From Polyangia bacterium (GTDB lineage Bacteria > Myxococcota_A > Polyangia > JAAYKL01): DNA of 64,000 bases. Shown here piece by piece: positions 1 through 8,400 of the stretch (positions are counted from its first letter, which is position 1; every line of letters starts with the position of its first letter). A model generated the notes under the pieces. The model worked only from the letters and a program-made list of their open reading frames with translations, did no database searches and had not been told where the DNA came from. Position numbers and translations under genes: made by a program. The stretch lies in contig JAWOBP010000209.1 in assembly GCA_046484285.1 (NCBI GenBank), positions 659 through 64,658 of the forward strand, given 5' to 3'.

Positions 1-33
1 CAGGCCGGCGCCAAGTATCAGTACCTTCTTCAT
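1..33 (-). CDS. Saccharopine dehydrogenase (SDH/Lys9-type), 5' end only; runs off the window
   Basis: The reverse strand reads ATG AAG AAG GTA CTG ATA CTT GGC GCC GGC CTG = MKKVLILGAGL, a Rossmann GxG start. It lies 11 nt downstream of the LKR-like gene. Confidence 0.65.
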   Translation of the reverse strand, partial: MKKVLILGAGL

Positions 34-44
34 AAATCAAATAG

Positions 45-1352
45 TTACAAATATTCCTGAATATATTTATAGTCCGGAGTGAGTTCACCACGCAGAAGGA
101 TCAGGGCTTTCTTTACCGGCTTTGGCAGCCGGATCTCATCGAAAGGAACAGAAAAGTCTGCTGCGGCGATGGGTTTGACAAAGGGGAACAGTGCATCCGC
201 AAATGCCATGGAGGAATCCCGGGGCAATTCGCTGGGGAGGATGTCGACAGCCATGACAAGGACCCCGTCTCCTTTGAATCCCATTGAAGGCTGGCCGGTT
301 TCCGGGTTGTATACAAAGACCGGGTCTTCAATGGAGGTGCCCTGATGGGTACATTCCACGGAGCCATTCGGGTCACAGGTGACATCTCCGATCACAGTCA
401 GTTTCGGCCGGGGCCCATCGAACAACTGCTTCAGGTATTTTTTGGTGACAATGCGCGGATACCTGTTGTCCCAGTACATGCAATTCATCAGCACAGTCAG
501 GTGCGGGATATACTGCTCAAAGGCGTTCTCATATTTTTCCGGATGGTCATAATAATCCTGCAGGATAAAGGTCTTTCCGTCTTTTCGCCTGGAAATATCC
601 TCCTCTTTGAAAACCACTTTATAAATGAGGTTGTTCGGGAGCTCCCGGCCATTTTCCAGTTCCAGCAGCTGTTGGGGGGTAATCTCCCTGCATGGCAGCA
701 GATCGGCAATTTCCTGGGCCCCCTTTGATACATTTCCGTAGCCGGTCAGGCCGATCGTGAGGGGCGTAAGTTCTTCAGGCAGGCCTTCTTTCTCAATCCT
801 TTTGCCGGCAGCTGACACAGCCTCTTTGGCTTCTTCCAGTGAGTGATACCGGCATGATTGTTTGATGTCCATGAAAGGATTGTTGTCATAGCCGTATTCC
901 TTCAGCCGCTCACCCAGGCTCCACAGGGAGTTGATCATGCCCGCGAGGCCGGCATATTTTCCGAAAAAGATCAGTCGCTTTCCATGATCATCAGAAATGC
1001 ATTCATAATCGATGAGGCTGCATCCTTTTTTCATCATTTTTTTCAGCATGGGCATATTGTAGGGCTGTCCTTTGATCACATGGCTGAAAAACACATAGGT
1101 TTTCCCTTCCTCAAACGCTTCCTCAGGGATTTCCTTGACCCCGAAGATCACCTCACAATTGCCCAGGTCATCCTGAACTTTGGCACCTGCCGCCAGGTAT
1201 TCCTGATCCGGGAAAACCCTTTTCGGGGAGGATTGTGCCACGATATGCATTCCCTCTGCCTCAATCAGCTTACGGCAATGGGAAGGGGTGACGGGAGTAC
1301 GCCTTTCCATGGCGTATTTGTCCTCATGCCTGATACCTGTGGTTGCATACAT
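45..1352 (-). CDS. Lysine-ketoglutarate reductase / saccharopine dehydrogenase-like protein (AlaDh/PNT fold)
   Basis: Motifs GIRHEDK..ERRTP, GVKE, FFSHVIKGQPYNMPML, GYGNVSKGA, N CMYWDNRYPR, DVTCD and MAVDILPSELP match the LKR domain of LKR/SDH. Confidence 0.8.
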   Translation of the reverse strand: MYATTGIRHEDKYAMERRTPVTPSHCRKLIEAEGMHIVAQSSPKRVFPDQEYLAAGAKVQDDLGNCEVIFGVKEIPEEAFEEGKTYVFFSHVIKGQPYNMPMLKKMMKKGCSLIDYECISDDHGKRLIFFGKYAGLAGMINSLWSLGERLKEYGYDNNPFMDIKQSCRYHSLEEAKEAVSAAGKRIEKEGLPEELTPLTIGLTGYGNVSKGAQEIADLLPCREITPQQLLELENGRELPNNLIYKVVFKEEDISRRKDGKTFILQDYYDHPEKYENAFEQYIPHLTVLMNCMYWDNRYPRIVTKKYLKQLFDGPRPKLTVIGDVTCDPNGSVECTHQGTSIEDPVFVYNPETGQPSMGFKGDGVLVMAVDILPSELPRDSSMAFADALFPFVKPIAAADFSVPFDEIRLPKPVKKALILLRGELTPDYKYIQEYL

Positions 1353-1455
1353 ATCTATCGTATATTTTTTGCTTTAAATATCCAAAATTGTCAGAGTGGG
1401 CAAACATAACAAAAAAAGTACGCATTGCCCAGAGAAACTTTGCAAACAAAATCGC

Positions 1456-1494
1456 GGGCAACAAAAAACCCGTCCAGGGGCAACAAAAAACCCG
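1456..1494. repeat. 17-bp direct repeat GGGCAACAAAAAACCCG, two copies with a 22-bp period
   Basis: Copies at 1456-1472 and 1478-1494. The second copy overlaps the terminator. Confidence 0.8.
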
Positions 1495-1519
1495 CCCCGT
1501 ACAGATGCATGGGGCGGGT
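1485..1519 (-). terminator. Rho-independent terminator downstream of purC
   Basis: The inverted repeat ACCCGCCCC...GGGGCGGGT (1490-1519) is followed on the minus strand by a T-tract. Confidence 0.75.
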
Positions 1520-1544
1520 AATCAGTAAGAGGCAATCAGCCCTC

Positions 1545-2486
1545 TCAGGCTTTCAGAAAGTTCATGCAGTTTTCTTCAATGCGCTTGTGTACATCTTCGG
1601 CGGGGGTTTTAATGAATTTTTCGCCGGTGATCTTTTCAAACAGTTCAATGTACCGTTCCGAAACCTGGTTGATGAACTCCTCAGGCATCTCAGGAAGCTG
1701 CTGACCTTCTTCGCCGTTGAATCCTTTTTCCATCAGCCATTCCCTGACAAATTCCTTTGAGAGCTGCTTCTGGGGCTGATCGGCGTCCAGTCTTTCCTGG
1801 TACTTGTCTCCATAGAAATAGCGGGATGAGTCTGGTGTATGGATCTCATCAATCAGGTAGATTTTCCCGTTGGCTTTGCCGAATTCGTATTTGGTATCCA
1901 CGAGGAGCAGCCCTTTCTCCGCTGCCATCTCACTGCCTCTCTTGAAAAGCTCCCTGGTGTAGTGCTCCAGTTGCTCATACTCTTCTTTACTTACCAGCCC
2001 CTGTTCCAGAATCTCCTCTTTGGAAATGTCCTCGTCGTGGCCTACCAGGGCCTTGGTGGTGGGCGTGATGATGGGCTCAGGGAAACGCTGATGTTCCTTC
2101 ATCCCGTCAGGAAGGGAAACACCGCAAAGACTGCGCTTGCCTTTTTTATACTCCCGCCAGGCGTGACCGGTCAGGTATCCGCGGATCACCATTTCAACCA
2201 TGTAGGGTTCGCAGTAGATGCCTGCGGTCACCATGGGATCGGGGGTGGCTGTTTTCCAGTTCGGTACGATGTCGGCCGTGGCATCCAGGAATTTGGCGGC
2301 AATCTGGTTCAGTACCTGCCCTTTGTAAGGAATTCCTTTCGGCAGTACCACATCAAAGGCAGAGATGCGGTCCGTGACCACCATCAGCATTGTTTCATTG
2401 TTGATGGTGTATACATCCCTGACCTTGCCTTCATAAAAGCTGGTTTGTTTCGGGAAATCAAAGTTTGTTTTTGTTACAGCGTTCAT
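1545..2486 (-). CDS. purC: SAICAR synthetase (Bacteroidota-type)
   Basis: Motifs [41 protein letters not shown] and SKEFVREWL. Confidence 0.95.
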   Translation of the reverse strand: MNAVTKTNFDFPKQTSFYEGKVRDVYTINNETMLMVVTDRISAFDVVLPKGIPYKGQVLNQIAAKFLDATADIVPNWKTATPDPMVTAGIYCEPYMVEMVIRGYLTGHAWREYKKGKRSLCGVSLPDGMKEHQRFPEPIITPTTKALVGHDEDISKEEILEQGLVSKEEYEQLEHYTRELFKRGSEMAAEKGLLLVDTKYEFGKANGKIYLIDEIHTPDSSRYFYGDKYQERLDADQPQKQLSKEFVREWLMEKGFNGEEGQQLPEMPEEFINQVSERYIELFEKITGEKFIKTPAEDVHKRIEENCMNFLKA

Positions 2487-2518
2487 GTTAAATGGAATTT
2501 AGCTATTGAGGTTAATAA

Positions 2519-3436
2519 TTATTTACCTGTTTCGGCCTCCCCGTCTTTTTTATTCAGTTTCCCTGCTTCCTCGTAGGCTTCAATAATGCGGCTGACGAGC
2601 TCATGGCGAATGACATCCCGTTCATTGAGAAATACAAAATCGATCCCCCTGATGCGGTTCAGTACCTTAATGGCTGCCAGCAATCCCGATACCTGGTTGC
2701 GGGGCAGGTCTATCTGGGTAATGTCTCCCGTTACAATGAATCGGGCGGATTTACCCATGCGGGTCAGGAACATTTTCAGCTGGTTTTCCGTGGCATTCTG
2801 AGCCTCGTCCAGGATGGCAAAGGCATTGTCAAGGGTTCTGCCCCGCATAAAGGCCAGGGGCGCTATTTCAATGGTTCCGTCTTCCAGGTAAGCGGCCAGC
2901 CTTGCCGGCGGGATCATATCCCGCAATGCATCATATAACGGACGCAGGTAAGGGTCCAGCTTGTCTTTCAGGTCTCCCGGTAAAAAACCAAGGTTTTCTC
3001 CGGCCTCCACGGCAGGGCGGGTGAGGATGATCCTTTTCACCTCCTTGTTTTTGAGCGCCTTTACGGCCAGGGCAACTGCGGTGTAGGTTTTCCCGGTACC
3101 AGCCGGGCCGATGGCGAAAAGCATATCGTGCTTCTTAAAACTGCTCACCATCCTTTGCTGATTGGGAGAGCGGGCTTTGATGGCAATGCCGTTTTTGCCA
3201 TATAACAACAATTCTCCGTCGCCGCTGGAAGCTGCATCAGCGATGCCTGCGTCATGGGCCATGATCTCCAGGATATTTTCCTCGGTGAGCTTTCCGTACT
3301 TCTCAAAATGAGCCAGCATCAGCCGGAGCTTGCCCTCAAAAAAAGCGGTTTCCTCCTGGTCGCCGATCACAATCAGCTCATCCCCCCCCGAAACCAGCTT
3401 TAGCTTTGTAAAAATGTTTTTGCGCAATCTGAGCTT
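2519..3436 (-). CDS. phoH: PhoH-family ATPase, 5'-truncated at the composition junction
   Basis: Motifs GPAGTGKT, RPAVEAGENLGFLPG, AFMRGRTL, DEAQN and GDITQIDLP. Similarity stops near 3436, and the ORF-track N-terminus upstream of that is high-GC foreign sequence. Confidence 0.85.
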   Translation of the reverse strand, partial: KLRLRKNIFTKLKLVSGGDELIVIGDQEETAFFEGKLRLMLAHFEKYGKLTEENILEIMAHDAGIADAASSGDGELLLYGKNGIAIKARSPNQQRMVSSFKKHDMLFAIGPAGTGKTYTAVALAVKALKNKEVKRIILTRPAVEAGENLGFLPGDLKDKLDPYLRPLYDALRDMIPPARLAAYLEDGTIEIAPLAFMRGRTLDNAFAILDEAQNATENQLKMFLTRMGKSARFIVTGDITQIDLPRNQVSGLLAAIKVLNRIRGIDFVFLNERDVIRHELVSRIIEAYEEAGKLNKKDGEAETGK

Positions 3437-3450
3437 CTCCGCGATCGAGC
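3400..3450. other. Abrupt compositional junction (about 50% GC to about 70% GC); probable contig join or chimera
   Basis: Base composition and codon style change sharply, phoH is cut, and a purC occurs on each side. Confidence 0.8.
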
Positions 3451-3575
3451 GCTGCCCACCGGACCCCCGGCCCGAAACGTTTTTTCCACAGCGCGGAGTG
3501 CTCGGCTCCGTTCGCCTTGTTGAAAAAAGCGAGCCAATGGCCGAACCTCTAGTTGTCGGCGCATGCGCGCGGCCG

Positions 3576-5441
3576 ATGCCGACGATCCGACTCTTTCGAA
3601 GGAGCGGCGAATTGCGGGACGAAGACCGTGACGAATCCGGCGCCGAGCGTGGCAAGCGCTCCGGTGATCGATCCGCGGCGGAGCTTTTCGTGCTCGGCCG
3701 CCGTTCGTCCCGCACCGTGCCGTTTCCACCCGAAGGCGCGCTGTACGCCGGCCTGGACGACGACGATCTCCTCTTGATCTCGCCCCAGCGGCCCGAGCGT
3801 ACGCTGGCCTCCTTCGTCCTGCGCGAGGACGGAGTCCGCTTCGAGCCCTGCCGCTCTCCGGCCGCAAGCGGGGCCGTCGCGGATCTCGAGCCGAGGCTGC
3901 TGCGCTCCGGAGACTCCGCCGAGCTGGCCGGTGCGCACGTCGTGGCGCGCGGCAGCTTCGCCCGCGGCGGTCGTCGGGAAGTGTTGGACGCTGCGGCGCT
4001 GCGCAGCCGGCTCTCCGAAGAGGTGGAACGATCGCTGCGCTACCGCCGCCCGCTGGCTCTGCTGCTGCTCGCCCCTTTGCAGCGCTTTTCGCGCGCGGCG
4101 AGGGAGATCGTCGCGGGAGTCGTGCGCGCCGTCGACGTGATCGGCGAGACCGACGCCGGCGAGCTGGTGGTGCTGTTTCCGGAGACCGGCGGCGAGGCGG
4201 TCGAGATTCCGGCGCGCCGGCTGCTGGCCGCCCTGGAGAAGGCCGCCGCCGCCGCCGGTGCCGGGATCGCGCTCTGCCCGGCCGACGCGATCGAAGCCGA
4301 CGATCTGCTGGGCGGCGCCCGCCGCGCCGCGCATCTCGCGGGACGGGGCGACTTGCGGTGGTTCTCCGCCGCGATCGAACGGATCGAAATCGGCGAAGAT
4401 CGCCTGATCTGCGCGGATCCGACCATGAAGCGCACTTTGGAATTGGTTCGCGATCTGGCGGCCTCCGACATCCCGGTGATGATCACCGGAGACACCGGAG
4501 TGGGCAAGGAGCTGGTGGCCTCAGCCCTGCACGAGTGGTCGCCCCGATCCTCCCGCACAATGACCGCGGTCAACTGCGCCGCCGTGGCCGAATCCCTGCT
4601 GGAAAGCGAGCTGTTCGGTCACGAGAAGGGGGCCTTCACCGGCGCCGACGCGACCAGGCCCGGGCTGTTCGAGGCCTGCGCGGGGGGCACGCTCTTGTTG
4701 GACGAGATCTGCGAGTCCTCGTTGCGGGTCCAGGCCGGACTGTTGCGCACGCTGGAGACCAAGCGCGTGCGGCGCGTCGGCGGCGTGAAAGAAAAGAAAG
4801 TCGACGTTCGCGTCCTGGCGGCCACGAACCGCGATATCGAGGCCGAGGTCGAGGCCGGTCGCTTCAGGCGCGACCTGTACTACCGGCTCTGCGCGGCGCG
4901 CGTCACGGTGCCCCCGCTGGCGCGGCGGCCGCTGGACGTTCCGCCCCTGCTGCGCCATTTCTTGACCAGCGAGGGCTCCGAAAGACCGATCTTGATCAGC
5001 GACGGCGCCATGCAACGCCTGCTGCTCCACGACTGGCCCGGCAACGCGCGCGAGCTGAAGAACCTCGCCGGGCTGCTGCTGGCCACCACCGGAGGGACGC
5101 GCCGCATCGAAGCGGAAGATCTGCCCCGCGATATCGGAGCGCGGGCGGCCCCGTGGTTGAGGCGCGAATCCGCGCGGACGGACCGCGGCCGGGACGCGGC
5201 GTCCGCTCCCGCGCCCGAACAGACGTCACCGGAGGGAGGCCCCCCACCGTTTCGCGATCTCGCCGAGGAGATCCGAGAGCTGGAGCGGTCCCGAATCGAG
5301 CAGGCGCTGCGGGCTACCGGCGGCACGCGGAACCGCGCGGCGGAGCTGATCGGCATGCCGCTGAGGACGTTCGTCTCCAAGCTCAAGCAATACGGCCTGT
5401 CGCACATCCAGAGCGGGCGACACAGGCGGACGAGGGGCTGA
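3576..5441 (+). CDS. Sigma-54-dependent enhancer-binding protein with degenerate GGDEF-like domain, AAA+ domain and Fis-type HTH
   Basis: Walker A GDTGVGKE, ESELFGHEKGAFTGA, LLLDEI, RDLYYRL, WPGNAREL and C-terminal HTH (RAAELIGMPLRT). The GGDEF-like segment reads EEVERSLRYRRPLALLLL...DVIGETDAGEL. Start is uncertain (3537 or 3576). Confidence 0.85.
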   Translation: MPTIRLFRRSGELRDEDRDESGAERGKRSGDRSAAELFVLGRRSSRTVPFPPEGALYAGLDDDDLLLISPQRPERTLASFVLREDGVRFEPCRSPAASGAVADLEPRLLRSGDSAELAGAHVVARGSFARGGRREVLDAAALRSRLSEEVERSLRYRRPLALLLLAPLQRFSRAAREIVAGVVRAVDVIGETDAGELVVLFPETGGEAVEIPARRLLAALEKAAAAAGAGIALCPADAIEADDLLGGARRAAHLAGRGDLRWFSAAIERIEIGEDRLICADPTMKRTLELVRDLAASDIPVMITGDTGVGKELVASALHEWSPRSSRTMTAVNCAAVAESLLESELFGHEKGAFTGADATRPGLFEACAGGTLLLDEICESSLRVQAGLLRTLETKRVRRVGGVKEKKVDVRVLAATNRDIEAEVEAGRFRRDLYYRLCAARVTVPPLARRPLDVPPLLRHFLTSEGSERPILISDGAMQRLLLHDWPGNARELKNLAGLLLATTGGTRRIEAEDLPRDIGARAAPWLRRESARTDRGRDAASAPAPEQTSPEGGPPPFRDLAEEIRELERSRIEQALRATGGTRNRAAELIGMPLRTFVSKLKQYGLSHIQSGRHRRTRG

Positions 5442-8400
5442 GTGTCTCGCTGGAAACCCGGCACGGAGTTCGACGGATACCGGCTGGTGCGCTCGCTGGG
5501 GAAAGGCGCGATGGGCGAGGTGATGCTCGCCCACGACACGCTGCTGGACCGACCGGTGGCGGTCAAGCTCGTCACCACCGCTGAGACCGACCCGCGCTTT
5601 CGGGACAGGTTCGCCGTCGAAGCCCGCGCGATCGCCCGGCTGCAGCACCCAAACGTGGTCGCCGTGCACCGCATCGGCGAGCTGGAGGGCGTCCCCTACC
5701 TGGTCTCCGAGTACGTGGAGGGCGAACCGCTGGACTCCGTCGAGCTGCCCCTGGAGGAGCGGCGCGTGCTGCGGATCGCCGCCGGCCTGGCCGGCGCGCT
5801 GTCGATGGCCCATCGCCGCGGCGTGCTGCACCGGGACATCAAGCCGGCCAACGTGATCCTCGACGTCCACGGGGAGGCCAAGCTGCTCGACTTCGGAATC
5901 GCCAAGCTGCTGTCCGAGAGCCCGGCGCCGGAAACGGAACAGGGCCCGGGCGCGGCCGCGCCCCGCGAAACTGCCCACGCCGAGAGCACGGCGATCGTCT
6001 CGACGCACGAAGGCGCGTCGGCCTCGTCTCCGGATCTGACCCGCGCCGGAGCGACGCTCGGCACGCCGGCCTACATGGCTCCCGAAATCTGGCTGGGGCG
6101 CCCGGCTTCACCCCGCTCGGACGTCTACTCCTTCGGGGCGTTGCTGTTCGCGCTTGGCAGCGGGAGCCCCCCGCACGCCGGGCTTTCGATCGAGCAGCTG
6201 GCGCGGGTGGTGCCCCGGCGCCCTCCCCCCCCGGCGGCTGACGCAGCCCCTGCGATCTCGCCCGAGCTGGGCGCCGTGATCGACCGCTGTCTGGATCTCG
6301 ATCCCGCCGATCGCTTCTCCGACGGCGAGGAGCTGCGCGCCGCGATCTCCGAGCTGACCCTGCGCCGGCACGAAGGCGTGCTTCCGGGCGGAAACCCGTA
6401 CCGCGGCCTCAACGCGTTCGACGCGGAGCACAGCGGCCTGTTCTTCGGTCGCGACTCGGAGATCCGGATGGTTCTCGACCGTCTGGCCAACGAGCCGATG
6501 GTGCTGGTCGTGGGCGACTCCGGGGTGGGCAAATCGTCGCTCGTCCGCGCCGGCGTCCTGCCCCGGATGGACGGCTGGGTGGAGCCTCCGCGCCGCTGGA
6601 AGACGGCGATCGCCGTTCCCGGCCGCCACCCGATCGCGGGGCTGGCCGCGCCGCTGGCCGCGTTGGCCGGCGAGCCGGAGCGCGAGGTAGAACGACTGCT
6701 GGAGGAGGAGCCGGCCGGCGTCGGCCGCTGGCTGCGGGCCAGGCTCGAAGACCGAAACGGGGCCGTGCTGCTGCTCGATCAGCTCGAGGAGCTGGTCACT
6801 CTGTCCGTCGCCGAGGAAGCGCACCTCGCCGCCGAGGCGCTTCACTGGCTCGCCGTCCCCGCACCGGGAATCCGCGTGCTCGGCACCGTTAGAGGCGATT
6901 TTCTGGGTAGGCTCGCCGAGCTGGGGCCGCTCGGCGACGACCTGGGACGCGCCCTCTACTTCCTCAGGCCGCTCAACGAGCAGCGGATGCGGGACGCGGT
7001 CGTGGGCCCGGCGCTGGCCAAGGGGACCTCCTTCGAGTCGCGGGAGCTGGTCGGAGAGCTGGTCTCGTCCGCGACGAGCTCTCGAGGCGGCCTGCCGCTC
7101 TTGCAGTTCGCGCTCGCCGAGCTGTGGGAGGTGCGCCGCCCCGGGGAGCGGACGATCTCCAAAATGGCCCTCGAGCGGATCGGCGGCGTCGAGGGCGCGC
7201 TGGCCGGGCACGCCGACGACGTGCTCTCCCGACTTTTTTCCCAAGAGCGCGAAGCCGCCCGCCGCCTGCTGCTGCGCCTGGTGGGACCGGACGGAACGCG
7301 CGTCAGGCTGAGCGACGCCGAGCTGGGCACGGACGAGAGCGCGAGCGCGCGCCGGGCTCTCGACTCGCTGGTCAGGGGCCGGCTGGTGGTGGCCCGCGAG
7401 TCCGAGGGGCTGCCGGCCTACGAGATAGCCCACGAGTCGCTGGTGAAGGGCTGGCCCACGCTGGCCGGGTGGCTGACCCGCGACGCCGAGTCGCGCCTGG
7501 CCCGCGATCGCCTCCGCCGCGCCGCCGCCGACTGGGAACGGCTCGGCCGGGGCCGGGAAGGGCTGTTCGGGGCCGCCCGGCTCCGCGAGGTGGAGCGCGT
7601 GGATCCAGCGACGCTCTCGAAAGCGGAGCGCGCCTTCCTCTCCCGTTCGCGGCGGGCGCGGCATCGCCGCCGTTGGGCCGCGATCGGAGCCGCGGCCGTG
7701 CTCTGCGCGCTGATCGCGGGCGTCTACCTGGGGATGGAGGCGGCCGCGCGAGCGGAGCGGCGCGAGGAGGTGCGCCTCGCGGTGGACGAGGCCGAGCGGC
7801 GCGTCGAGCTGGCGGAGAAGCTGGATCTGGAAGCGCGAGCCGCCCGCGAGCGCGCGCTGCGGCTGTTCGACGAACCCGAGCCGGACGCCGCCGAGCGCGA
7901 TTGGAAAGAGTACAGAAAGCTCGAAGCGCGGGCTCGGGCGGCCTTCGCAGAGGCCTCGCGACGCCTGGAGACGGCCCTGCTACTCGCGCCCGAGCGCCGG
8001 CGGACGCGCGAGGAGCTGGCCGACGTGATCCTGGCGCGCGCGCTCGCCGCCGAACGCGGCGAGGACGAGCGGGCGGTGGAGGAGCTGCTGGGGCGGCTCG
8101 CGCTCTACGACGAGGACGGCGGCCGGATCGCCGCCTGGAACGCGCCGGGACGGCTGACGTTGACCGTGGAGCCGCAAGACGCCGAGATCGAAATCCAACG
8201 CTACGTTCGCCGATCCGAGGGACGCTGGAGCCTGGAGCCGGTCTCCGCTCGGATCCGACCCCGGGCCGGGACGGAGCTGCCGCCGGGATCCTACCTGGCC
8301 CGCCTGTCCGCCCCCGGGCGATCGAGCGTGCGGATGCCGTTCGCGCTGCGGCGCGACGGCGAGACGAAAATCGAGATCTCGCTGCCCGAGGCGGACCTGG

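Noticed and set aside
3330-3715. ORF-track N-terminal extensions of phoH (to 3715) and of the sigma-54 activator (from 3330)
   Set aside because: Both cross the compositional junction and are chance open frames, not fusions.
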